Origin: Antechinus flavipes
Lineage: Eukaryota
Direction of reading: 5' to 3'
Length of the DNA: 64,000 nucleotides
Assembly: GCF_016432865.1 (NCBI RefSeq)
Contig: NC_067404.1
Span: 84,878,001-84,942,000, forward strand
Part shown: piece by piece, positions 24,598 through 36,349 of the stretch
How the letters are laid out: each line of letters begins with the position of its first letter
Numbering within the stretch: the first letter of the stretch is position 1
Notes under the pieces: generated by a model
The model's input: only the letters and a program-made list of their open reading frames with translations
Database searches by the model: none
Told to the model about the DNA's origin: nothing
Translations under genes and position numbers: made by a program

Positions 24598-25365
24598 CTA
24601 CACTCGAGTCCACTCGGCTGGAGGATCCCGGGGACCTTTTGGTTTCCCGATTCGAATGTTGAAGCCTGTGGGAAAAGGGAAGGGTTGAGACCTGAGGAAG
24701 ATTTGGGAGAATAGGAAAGGGGGTGGAGGAAAAGCTGGGTGCTCTCTGCTGCCACTCACCAAGGCTGCTGCTGGGCTGGAGGCCACTGGGGCCCAGGCCT
24801 GGAACCGCAATGTCTGTCACATCTTCGTAGGCCTCGGGCCCGGGGCAGTTCCTGGAAGGGGTGCTGGCTGTGGGCAAGATCCCACAAAAGCCCGGTTTAA
24901 AACCCTGAGGCTCCTGGGGAGTTGCCTACTCCCCAGCCACTGCATCAGGCCTCCACCACTCTCTACCTCCAGCTACCTCCCTACTTACCTTTCCTTGTGG
25001 TGCTGGGGTCAACGACCTAGAGAGAAGAAAGGCAGTGACTGGAAGGAGGCCTGGGAAACTGGCCTGCCCAGCATGTTCCAGCCTCCCAGCTTTACCACTT
25101 ACCGAGGACAGCAAGGGCCTCCCAGAACCCGGCGAGGAGCACACTGGGCTTTCTAGGGCCGCTGAGCCAGGGTGGGCCACAGCAGTGTATTCTGTGGGAG
25201 TCGCGGGTCCCCCACGCAGGGCCCTGGGCTTGACGGTGCTGTACACAGCCCCCTCGGGCTCTTCCTCGGCGGGGTCGCGGGCCACGGCCGGCCCCGGAGC
25301 GTGTCCTCGTTTCTGCACTGAGGCGTATGTCGCAGCCATAACTGGTTCAGCCGGGTGCTGAGGCC
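24598..25365 (-). CDS. PTPN18: PTPN18 C-terminal exons only (PEST/CTH tail; no PTP domain found)
   Basis: Exons 25365-25103, 25016-24989, 24867-24760 and 24665-24598 splice in frame with GT-AG sites. They give ...MAATYASVQKRG...AVYSTVKPRA...EAYEDV...GFNIRIGKPKGPRDPPAEWTRV*, matching the PTPN18 C-terminus. AATAAA (minus strand) at 24489-24494. Confidence 0.85.
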
Positions 25366-25489
25366 CTGAAAAAAAAACAGCAGGGAGCTGAAAGCAGCCT
25401 AACCCTAACCCTAAATGTGCCTTCTGCCACTTGGGCGCAGAGGCAGGAAATGGACCCCCGACCCCTAGGAGAGACTGGCCAGCACTTAC

Positions 25490-26973
25490 AGCATCCCAAG
25501 CCACACATTTGGAACTCCAAGCTCAGCTGAGCCCCCCTTCAAGAGGGGGAGAGTGAGAGGCTGCCAGACACACACCCTCTGGCCCAGATGCCTCTCTAGC
25601 CAAAGCCACGCTTGAACACAGGCTTTTCTAGCCGCCTTGCCCTTGCCCCACTGTCTCGGGCATCAGGCAGGGGGGTGGAGAAACGGGACCGTCTTGCCTC
25701 AAACCAAGGGTAAAGGAAAGAGTCCAGGCAGCTGGCAAGTCGTGCCTCCATCCTGCTCAGGGACCCCAGGGTCGAAGATGCAACCTCCCCCTCTAGGGAC
25801 CCTAGAAATAGGGGCAAGGGGCGGGCTTTCATTAAGGGTTGTTTCTGCAGAGCCAGGCCGAGAGGGCTAAACCCTGAAGGAAAGGGGACCTCCTTCAGAT
25901 CTAACAGCCTTCAGAAGAAAGAAAAAGTGCCCGGTGCCACCGCGGGGTAGGGAGGACAGGGATGGGGGGTGGCAAGAGCTGCCAAGTTCCCCCAAAACCT
26001 GCCGAGAAGCTGTTGCTGCCCCACCCCTCAGAGGCTGAAATAGGCCCAAAGGGAGAGCCTGCAAGAGAAGCTGTACCTGCCAACAGAAGCTTCAAGGGAA
26101 GGACTCCTCAGCTTTGGGGGAAGAGAAGACTGGGAGGGAGAATGAGGCTCCAGGGCCCCTGAGCTTCCTCTCAGGAAGTGTGGCCTAGCCAAGCCCAGCC
26201 CAGGCGATGACGTGAAGCTGTCCCGCTGTGAGGAGGCCCTGGGCCCGAGCCTCTGAGCCTTCCTGGCTCTGCCGGGTTGGCAGATGGCAGGAGTGCTGAA
26301 AGTGGGAGGAGGCAAGTTTGAGGCAGGCAGAGGCCCAAGGAAGGCCCGGAAAGCTGAGGAGTCTCCCATCTCCGAGCAGATTCCCCCGTGGGCTTTCAGC
26401 ACAGGACTCTGCTGATGTAATTTGGGGAGCAGCATTCCATTTGGGGCAGTGGCAGGGACAGGGGGAGAGGAAGCCAGGAGCTGACAAAAGCAGCCTTCAG
26501 GGAGGAGAAAAATCTCTGCTCACTTGGGTCCTGGCTGAGGAGGGTAACACTAGTGTGTTCCAGAGGAGGAGGTGGGGAGGCCCGAGAACCACAGTGACTT
26601 TTTTTTTTTGGGGGGGGGGGAGTGCAAACCTTTATTCTAGGCCTACTATGTGCCAGTCACTATGCTCTGCCCTCTACAAACGCCTTCCCAACCTCCACCA
26701 TGGCGGGACCCAGGGCACGGGGCTGACCCAATCAGAGCCTCCCAATAACGCCCATGGCCCCAGGCATGGATTTGGGAGCCCAGATTAGGTTCCCATTTGC
26801 CGGACTCCCCCCTAGCCTAAAGCCTGACTAGTGATGAAGTCCACCTGCCAGGCTTGGGGGCCCTGAGCGGCCTGCGTCACAAATGTTCACATGGCTCACG
26901 GTCTCTTCCTTGGGGCAGGTTTTACTCTATTTTGTGGAGTCATGATAAGGGACAGCGGGTGGTGGGTACAATT
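25490..26973 (-). CDS. PTPN18: Candidate additional PTPN18 exons (26973-26900 and 25536-25490)
   Basis: The 74-nt exon encodes NC...LIMTPQNRVKPAPRKR, weakly like human NCAPLYDDALFLRTPQ...PRPP, phase 0 to 2. The 47-nt exon has a GTAAGT donor and bridges phase 2 to 1 into exon 25365. Acceptors are only moderate. Confidence 0.3.
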
Positions 26974-27250
26974 CTGGCCTTAGTGGCGGGAAGCTCGGAC
27001 GGTTACCAGACAGACATGAGGCAATTTGATGTCCACAACCTTCCTGAAGGAACCGGCACACGAGCTAAGCCTTAAAGCAGGGGTTCTCAAGCTAGGGCCA
27101 CAAAGTGGCTTCTCAGGAAAGGGCTGCACAACTGTTTCAATAAAAGTGGTTCCTTGGGCACTACTATATATTTTATTTGGTGTGTCTGAAAATGTGATTC
27201 CAAAAGACATAAGATTTACCAGACTGCCAGAGGGATTTATGATGGGGCTT

Positions 27251-27405
27251 GGGGCAGCTAGGTGGCGCAGTGGATAGAGTGCCAGCCCTGGAGTCAGGAG
27301 GGCCAGAGTTCAAATGTGACCTCAGACACTTAACACTTCCTGGCTGTGACCCTGGACAAGTCACTTGACCCCAATTGCTTCAGCAAAAAAGAAAGAAAAA
27401 GAAAA
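27251..27405 (+). mobile_element. WSINE1 SINE, full length
   Basis: ggggcagctaggtggcgcagtggatagag...cccaattgcttcagcaaaaaa. Confidence 0.85.
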
Positions 27406-27960
27406 TTAAGGCAATTCTGAGATTTCACACAGCACTAACAAGAAAAAAGGAAAATGGCAATCATGGGAGGGGCTGTAGCAAAACAAGTAGAGTAGATTTC
27501 CTTTGTGGAGTTATGAATCAAGCCAGCCATTCTGGTTGGTGTGGGGTTTTTTAAATCGGTTGCTCATGGGATAGATATATAATAATATAGAATATGTATA
27601 TTCCGTATTTGACGCCAGAACCGTTTGCATTGGTGCAGGTGTAGATATGTAGGTGGACATCTGTGCATATATATGTCTGCACGTCTGTATCAGAGAAAAC
27701 AAGCTCCCTTGAGAAGGTTCTAGAGCACACTGAAGGCAGCCAGGGACATGTGGGGTGCTGGCTCCACTTTCCCATAACCCTTTGCAGATTATACAAACCC
27801 AACCTCATTACGGGAACAATAGGTTTAACAAACTGAAGGAGCTAACTTCCCCTGACACCCTATTTTCAATTCAGGAGGAAACTGCAGCTTTATAGTTTCT
27901 ACTGAACTGGATCTGCCTGACTTGAAAAGGCCACCATATTCGATCCCTTAAATTTTGGTA

Positions 27961-28110
27961 TTTTGTTTGTTTTGCTGAGGCAGTTGGGGTTAAGTGACTT
28001 GCCCAGGGTCACACAGCTAGGCAGTGGTGAGTGTCTGAGGTCAAATCTGAACTCGGGTCCTCCCGACTTCAGGGTCGCTGCTCTATCTACCGCATCACCT
28101 AGCGGTCCCC
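27961..28110 (-). mobile_element. WSINE1 SINE
   Basis: Antisense full-length copy with T-rich tail. Confidence 0.8.
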
Positions 28111-28699
28111 AATTCCTTAACTGTCGTCATGTGCTGCAAACAGTAGAAGGACAGCTCCTTCTTTGAACTGGCCACATCCTCTGGAGTCAGACTTACCTTT
28201 TCAACACCCAAAATGCCATTCTGGCGCAAGACCTGTGAGACACGGTGGCTCAGCAAGTGGAACCCTTCAGCTTGATTGATAGCAGAAGCACTTTCAACTA
28301 ACTACCTGTTTACAAACATCTTTGCCATGTTCTGAAGGCAAGATGGAAGTTCTTTAGAGAGAGAGACCCCCAAAATCCCCAGCGCTCTACACAGGAGCAC
28401 GAAAGTCGCCATGTTCCCCAAAACCAGCTAGAAGAGTAGACACTGTGCCTCCCGGAAAGATGCAGATTGCAATCACTTCCTTAATAGCCCAGTTTTAGGG
28501 AAAGCCACTCAGCTCCCAGACCACATATCTCGGAACATCCCTTGGGTTGGCAACAATAAGCTCTGCCGGTGTTTGCTAATTTGGGAATGATGAACTTCGA
28601 TATTTACAATACCCGGGATCGAATTAGACGACTTTCTTCCTCCCGCTGATGTGCCCCACAACAACTAGCTTCAAATCCGCAAGCGTACTCTTTGCCGGG

Positions 28700-30600
28700 G
28701 ACGATCCTTGATATTCGGAGAAAAAGGCTCTCATCTTCGGGAGCTGCTTCGGGCTCATGAGGGGTGTAGAGCTCCCCCTGCCTAGTGGGAGTCCAGACTG
28801 AAGAGGGGAGGCACGGGCCCTGAAGATGGCGGCAGGAGCACCCAGAGGGTGCCGCGTGTCAGAAGCAGTTAGCCCACGGCATTCAGGGTGAATAAATAGT
28901 TGGAAGTTCATGACCTGGAGTCTGGAGGAGGTTAAAAATACAGGGGCCAACTATCAGCAAAAAAAAAAAAAAAATTATTAAAAGTGGAGTTAGTATGGGG
29001 ATTACTAGGGACAGTAACCAGGAACCCCACCCAGAGGAAAACTTGGGTGGGGGGGGGGGAGGAAAGACAAGGCTATCATGAATGTCTCTCATCCAGACAG
29101 CTTTTCCTAAGGTAAATATCAAAGACATTTTCCCCAAATCCCTACTTTTGTCTCTTCGAAGGAGTTGGGGCAATGGACAGAATAGTGCTAATATACACAG
29201 GGAAAGGAGTGCTGGGGTGGTCTAGGGTGTAAGCACCATAATGTTTAAAAGGCATTAAGCATTGGGTAGAGAAGGTGACATGAAGAGTGGAGATCATAAT
29301 TCTCTTAAATGGGTTTGATCTCCTTTAGCAAGGAGCCTTTCCAGTCTCACAAGGGAAGGCTTTTACCCAATTAGTAAAGGTGACAGGAAAAAGCAAAAGC
29401 AGTTTGAAGCCCTGGGGGTGGGGGGTGGGGGGGAGGTGTAGAATCCATCTGCCAGTCCTCCCCTGGGTTTGTGCCCCTCCTTAGGATGGGCTTGGGGGCC
29501 ATACAGATTTACTTGGGCACAAATTAGGCAGGCTCGACTGATCCGGTTAATTGTTTCTCCCAGCTTGTGACCAGTGAAAACGGGTTTCACAAGGATTGGA
29601 GAGCCTTGTTTCCCAAGTGAGTAGCTTCCCCCGGCTGGCCTCTGGGATTGGAAGTGGCTCTGAGGCGAGGCTCTCTTCAACAATGAGATGATTCAGGCCA
29701 GTTCCAATTGTTCAGTGATGGAGAGAGGACTGTGGGAACCGAGTGGGAACCACAACACAGCATTCTCACTCTTTCTGTTGTTTGCTTGCTTTTTGTTTTC
29801 TTGCTCAGCTTTTTTTCCTTGTGCAGCAAGAGAATTGTATAAATATGTCTACATACATCAGGTTTAACATATATCTTAACATGTTTAACATGTATGGAAC
29901 TACCTGCCATCTGGGGAAGGGGGTGAGGGGAAGGAGGGGAAAAGTTGGAACAGAAGGTTTTGTAAGGGTTAATGTTGAAAAATGACTCAATTACAAATGA
30001 CTTAATTTTAAAAAGAAGTTGAAACCACTCAGGAGAAAATGTGTACCCCCTTTCTTTAGCAAGGGCTTGTTCCTGGGAGCTACGTGAGGGAGTGTAAGAG
30101 TGGGGCATCTGGGGAATTAAAAGTGCCACGGTCAGGGGCAAATAGATAGCAGCCGTGGCCCCTGAATCTGCAAGGTTGTTCCCTTTGGCCTGAAGTGAAT
30201 CCCCCTTCTGGTGTCCTTTACAAAACATAATAGGAACCTCTCTAATGGCCAGCTTGCAAGAACTGTAGAATTTCCCCTGCATAATTAATCGGGGATTTAT
30301 TTATTTGTTTGTGTTTGTTGCCAAGGGGCCCCTTTCTTTCCCTATAGCCCCATGAGCGAACAAAACACGAAAAGCATATTTAGAGTCAGTGTAGATGCCG
30401 GTGCGGGGTCAGAAGCTCCAATGGTTGGCCCAGGGGGAGCTCGGAGGCTTCCTCGATGAGAAGGGCCATGGCAGCCACTGCTCCGAGGCAGGAGGGTCGC
30501 CCCAGGGATGCCTTCTCTTTGAGAAGCTTACAAAATCCCTCCAGGCCCAGGAAAATACACAGCTGTTTCCTAGAGACAGGCTCAGAGAGTGAAAAGATTG
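28700..30600 (-). mobile_element. Degraded class I (gamma-like) endogenous retrovirus: pol connection/RNase H/integrase and env TM tail
   Basis: Minus-strand translations: GRPSCLGAVAAMALLIEEASELPLGQPL (pol connection); CKGHQKGDSLQAKGNNLAD (RNase H); ISRACLICAQVN and FTNWVKAFPC (integrase); WLLSLVIPILTPLL...GPCIFNLL...SRLQ (env TM). Large internal deletions and frameshifts. Confidence 0.85.
29680..30010 (+). mobile_element. L1 3'-UTR fragment inserted into the ERV pol
   Basis: L1 3' motif separates the RNase H and integrase remnants. Confidence 0.8.
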
Positions 30601-30869
30601 TCTGCTTCCTCTCCCATGTGAGCTAACAGGAGGTGGGAATTAATTCATGGCCCAAATACTTATCAACTGGTGGGCAACCTGAGCCTTTAGATGAAACTAT
30701 AGCCCCAGGAGGCCAGAAAGTTAAGGGTTTTTATGGAAGTAGTCAGAGAAACCTCTTGGGGTGGGCTGCAAATCAAGATACTCGTAACTGGGCTTCTACT
30801 GACCATTGGCTCTGATTAGGGACATTTACCGTAAGAGGAAAAAGCAGGAACGTGATTATAATAGCATCA

Positions 30870-32350
30870 GAAGAGGACCTTCAGGCCTCAGCCTGAGAGC
30901 ACATACATGACAGGAGAAAGCACCCTCAGCTCGGACTGACAGCCGATCATGCAGTTACGATTCCGCCTCATAGCCAGACTCGGGAATAATCAGGTGGGAA
31001 ACAAAGAACCAGAACTGGGAAACTGAGTCAGAAGACTCCCACCTTCAGCAAAGGTTGTCTTGCTCTTACCCGGACGGGACGCCCACCTGGGACAGTTCAG
31101 GAAGGCACCCCTCTGAGTAGCTCACCGCATTTCTCTAGAAGGGTGGGCTACTGACAGGGATCAGGCAACTGGATTCAGAACTCAAGAGAGGATCACTTAC
31201 AATCCCAAGAGATTTTATCTCTAATAGAAAATTCTACTAATCACAGCTTGGGGCTACATACATTGTTTTAAACGTTTACCAGGACTTACACAGATTTTAT
31301 TGAACATGTTTTATATGTTTAAACTTCTGTCTGTGCAAAGGATCAGCCATTAACCAAGCTTATCGATTTTTAGTAAACCCAGTCCTTGTTTAGAAACTAC
31401 ACATCCTGAACAGGCTCAGGTCTCAGGGCTGATGACCTGGCTTATCCTGATGGTTTCAAGAAAACTGGCAAGCTGACAAGCGAAGGGGAGTTGACAGAGC
31501 CCGGGGAAGGGGCTGAGCTTGCTGTTGCCCACCCCAACTAGTAGTGGGCCGTGCTGTCTGATACCTCTCCCCACTCTGTGAAGGGGGAAAAGGTATCGCA
31601 CACCTCATACTCGGAGGTGAACTGAGAAGGCTTTCACCTCCTCCCTCTTGTTCCACTCCCAGTAATTACCAATTTTAGGTTGAACGTGATGGCAGCAACT
31701 TCAAGAAGTTACTTCACAGTTTTAGAATTTTCCTAAGTAACAGCCAAATCATTTTAGCTGTAATTCATCTTAGTTTTCTAGTAAAGGTGAAAATACCTAA
31801 TTCCCTAAATTACATTCACAAAATGTTATAAAACGGGATTGGCGAGACTAAATAAACTTTCCACCTTCTTTTAGTTGTTCAGTTTATTCTGTTCCTAAGC
31901 TGTTGCAGCTTTGAAAGTTCTTAGGGAGGATTCCTATTCCCTTAAGTAAGTTTCCCTTTTTATTTTAGGGAAAAAATAAGACAATTCTGAAAATTGAGAG
32001 AGAACTGATTGTAAACATTTACCCATCGATGTTGAAAAATTAGCCATGCATATGTTTTGTCAATAAAAAGCTATAATTTTTTAAAAATTGGCCCGACCGT
32101 AGTTAATGAGATTGCCTAGATTCTGATGAAATGTTCTAGACCAACTGAATTGCCATTTGGTTATTGTCCAATTCACACAAACCAGTCTCTTTTGTGAGCC
32201 CGGAAAAGGTTAAGGGGCCAGTTTTTCCTGACGGGCCTCTCAAGTGTGACTCTAGATACCTCAGAAGCAGGCTGGTTGTAGGCAGCGTTTTTAGCGTAGC
32301 AGCAAACGGCTTTTCAGTTTTCCTCAAGTTACCAAACTCTTCTGTTAACA
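30870..32350. repeat. Unclassified long dispersed repeat, copy A (possibly non-coding ERV internal sequence)
   Basis: Colinear anchors shared with 58910-60090, e.g. cagaactgggaaactgagt, aagaaaactggcaagct, actgaattgccattt, tctcttttgtgagc; contains a short L1 tip at ~31985-32085. Confidence 0.7.
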
Positions 32351-34309
32351 GTCAGGGCAAAGATCACAATTTCCATAGCCCTCTAGTGGGCTCTGCTTAG
32401 AGTGCCCCCAAAATTGCAAAAACTCTCAATTTTCAAATAGCAAATTTCACTGAAGTGAATATATTTTCTTCCTCTCCCCCTCACCCCTTCATCCATGTGT
32501 CCCTGCTGCAGTCAGGGAAAGAGGGAAGAGGGAAGAAAGAGAAAGAAACTCTCTTTCCTCTGTGCACGCTCCTCCTACTTCTGGGGAGGCCATTTATAAA
32601 ATATAGCAGTGAACATTCATGTAGCATATTTTATGCTAAGCACTGTTGCGATGATGTGATACTGTTGCTCTTTACAAATCAGAAAACTAGGCAGACATAA
32701 AATAATTTGCCATAAATGATGCTGCCGATACATTTTCGCAGCTGAAACAGAACACGCGGAGGCCGACTGGCTTTCCCACCTCACGCTGCCGTGCAGGGCG
32801 CTGCCGGGGGCGCCCCAATTCTTCCAGGGGGTTGCTGGACAGAACCTGAGGAAGGCTGGGGGGGCTGGTGCCGGGATCTCCCTTTGATGGGACTTTCAGG
32901 GGCCAGGGCTCAGGGAACGCTGCCCATCGGGCCTGACCCTCCCTCCATCCCCACGTCCCCCAGCTGGGATGGGGAGGAGTCTGGGCAAGGCTGCGTGGGG
33001 TCCCCACGGTTACTGCGGCTTCCCCTGTTTCTACAGGCCAGGCAGAATTTGAGTTTCCCTCCGGTACTTTGGCATTCTCTTCTCAATCTGATCTGAGACG
33101 AGAGGAGTTAGCAGACGGAGAGATCTGGACTGTATCGGTCTCGTCAGCAATCCCTACCGCCGAGATCCACTCGGGACTCTGGGAGTGGAGCATCCTGAGT
33201 GACCAGGGCTGTGGACAGGGTCCCTTAATACCTTCTGGGGTGCTTTCCCTGTTGGACTACACGGAGAGCTGTGGGAATACATGGTAGTCATCTGACAGTG
33301 GCTGCTGGAGATCCAACCCACGATGGATCTCCTTGTGTGAGATGATGATACAAGGAGACCGAGAGGCCATTGCTATTCTCTGGTGGTCTGACCTCTCTCC
33401 TCCTCCCTCTGCCTCCAATTTATCTCCTGCCTAATCTGCAACACCTGTGTCGGAAAAGGCTGCCTGAGACTCCTTCAGATGCTATGATCCACAGCTGTGG
33501 AGGCTCTCGGAGAATTGACCTGCCCCTTAACATTTCCCAAAGGGGCAGAAGGGGACCCTGGACAAGATGGGAGTCAAGGAAGCCTTAGCCAAAAGTTGCT
33601 ATTTGCCTAGTTTGTTTTTTTTTTCCTTTTTCTTTTCTTTCAGAAGGGGGTAAATTCCGGAATCATCCCCTGTGTTTCAGGATTTTTTCTTACCATCTTA
33701 AAATGACAAATTGCCCAACTTCTTAACCATTGCTCTCAAAACCCTGAGAATCTGCTAAGATGTTACTTTCATTTTAATGAGTCATTTAATTAGCTCCCTA
33801 TTTCTGTAGCCCCCAGATTGTCCAGAGCTGGGGTCCACGGGAAAAAGTTAGGCTGTCTTCCCTGTTTAAGGTAGGCGCCAACGATGTTAAGAAGAAATCT
33901 TCCCAGCATTCTAACTACAGCATGGAAGGTTTTTTCTCACTGGTCACGTTTTCAATCTTTCCAGGTGACAGAATCCAACTCACAGAACAAACGTGCCCGA
34001 GACGCTGCACAGAGATACAGACACAGACAAAATGAGTGAAAGAGGACTGGCCCAGCTTTGCCCAAAGCCATGGACTTTCTTTGCCAGAAGCCATCCTAAC
34101 CCTAAATGCCTCCTCCGGCGTCCCAGAGAAGGTGAAAAGGTGGCAAAGGTTCCCTAGGAACTTTGCTGAAAATTGCAAGAATTTCCCAGTCTGAGCATCC
34201 CCAGTCAAGGAAAACTTGGAAATAAAGGATTAAAGGAAAAATCCTACCAAATTCCTTTTATAACACAAATGTTCTTGTTACTTAAACAAGGGAGATTAAA
34301 AACAGAGGA

Positions 34310-34590
34310 AAAAAAAACATCAATTTCATTTATGAATGTCAATGCAATCATTTTAAATAAAATACTAGCAAGGAGATTGCAGCAACATATCACAAAGATC
34401 ATACCTTATGACCAAGTGGGATTATACTGGGGATGCAGGTCTGGTTCAATACTATGAAAATTATAAGCATCATTGACTACATCAATAACAAAACCAAGAA
34501 AAAGTATATAATTATCTCCCTGGAGATAGAAAAAGCAGCCGACAAAATACAATACCCATTCCTAAAAAAACACTAGAAAAAAATTAAAAG
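34310..34590 (+). mobile_element. L1 ORF2 reverse-transcriptase fragment
   Basis: ISFMNVNAIILNKILARRLQQHITKIIPYDQVG corresponds to L1 ISLMNIDAKILNKILAxRLQQ...YDQVG. Confidence 0.8.
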
Positions 34591-35089
34591 CAAAACAAAA
34601 AAGGCAAATGAGGTCCCAAACATTGTCTTGACATGCAGGTGAATTAGACTAGTCCTCCTGAACATCCTATTGGGTTTCAAGCCCCAGAATATGGGATTCT
34701 GAACCAGGGTGGCAGATGTCTCAAAAGAATTTGAAAGCTTAAATCATCTCCAAGAGCAAAGTTTTGTTATTTTATTATTTATTATTATTAATTTAAAAAA
34801 ACGATAATGAGGTCAATTAAAGCAGGCTAAATTCCAAGAGAGGAAGATAAACAACAAAGAGCAAGGAGCAAGCAGGCAAATTTCCAGGGAAAACAATTAG
34901 AGGTGGAACTGGGGAGTACAGAACAAAGAACAGAGCAGGGTGAATGACGGCATGGGATTGGGGTTCTCACGATCAATGGGAAGTTTGGTAATAGGGGCTA
35001 ACAACAACCCCCTTTCTTTTCTCAACAAACTAAAAAGTGCTCATTGTTAGAGGCCAGCTTCGAGATAGCAGCCCATATCTTTGGCCATG

Positions 35090-35479
35090 AAAGGATCCAA
35101 ATCATTTCCAATTGATCAGTGATGAACAGAACCAGCTACACCCAGTTTAAGAACACTGGGAAATGAGTGTGGATCACAACATAGCATCTCCACTCTTTCT
35201 GTTGATGTTTGCTTGCAGTTTTGTTTTTCTTCCCAGGTTATTTTTACCTTCTTTCTAAATCCCATTTTTCTTGTGCAACAAAAGAACTGTATAAATATGT
35301 ACACGTAGATTGTATTTAACATATACTTTCACATGTTTAATATATGTGGGACTGCCTGCCATCTAGGGGAGGGGGTGGGGGGAAGGAGGGGAAAAGTTGG
35401 AACAGAAGTGTTTGCAAGGGTCAATGTTGAAAAATTACATATAAAAAATGCATATGTTTTGTCAATAAAAAGCTATAAT

Positions 35480-35483
<4 letters not shown>
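35090..35483 (+). mobile_element. L1 3'-UTR fragment
   Basis: L1 3' end motif ending in aataaaaagc. Confidence 0.8.

Positions 35484-35552
<69 letters not shown>
35484..35552 (+). repeat. (GA)n microsatellite
   Basis: About 34 GA units at the L1 tail. Confidence 0.95.
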
Positions 35553-35555
<3 letters not shown>

Positions 35556-36349
35556 CAGCCCAGACTCTTGGACGACGAACCAGACATCCTTGAAGAGCAG
35601 CTTAGTGGAACAAAAATATGAGTTCCAACTCCTTTTTTCCACAAACGTTCTCCAAGGTTGTGCCCCATCAATTACATTCCTAATGCTGAGTCCACATTCA
35701 TATACCATCACGTATTCAGCCATTCCCCAAGTTATAGTTCCTCGCCACTACAAAAAGAGATGCCACAAACATATTTGCACAGATGGGTCCTTTCCCCTTT
35801 TTTATGATCTCTTTGGGATACGAGATCCAGAAGAGACCCTGCTGGATCAAAGGGTGTGAACAGTCTGACAACTACCCTGTGACTCTTAAACGAGATATTC
35901 TCAAATAGTATTTTGTTTGATATTATTCGACTTGTAAATATGTTGTCATCTGCGGAATTGTAAGATAAACATGTCCCTCACCAGCTGATAAGGTGTGTCA
36001 GCCTGAGTGAATTTCCTTGGCCGTCTGGATGTTGTGCTGGCTTATTTTGGCAAAAGTTAGTAAGGACACTGAACATTTTGCCACCCCCAAGTAGAATGGA
36101 AATTCTTGGAGTAGGGATCGCTTCTGCTTTGGCTTCAAGAATGGTAGCAGCCAGAAATGTGCCTCTGGGCCGCCTTCCCACCCCATCCCCATTCTCAGGT
36201 GTGTCTGGGAAACTCCCTGGGGTCTGGAGCTCCCCACTTCTGTCTCTTGCATTCAGGCAACCTGGATGCTGCTTTTTCTAGGATCGCCTATCAGGTGTCG
36301 AGTATGGAGTTACAAAGAAAGGTAAAAGGTTCAGGGAGTTTGAACGGGG

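Noticed and set aside
25397-25414. Telomere-like CCCTAA units
   Set aside because: Only about two units; expected by chance
33200-33270. GCGQG...GVLSLLDY resembling the PTP signature region
   Set aside because: Wrong strand relative to the PTPN18 exons and lacks HCSAG and the catalytic Arg
33964-34038. NKRARDAAQRYRHRQ, bZIP-like basic motif after an acceptor
   Set aside because: Stop follows immediately with no leucine zipper; likely chance
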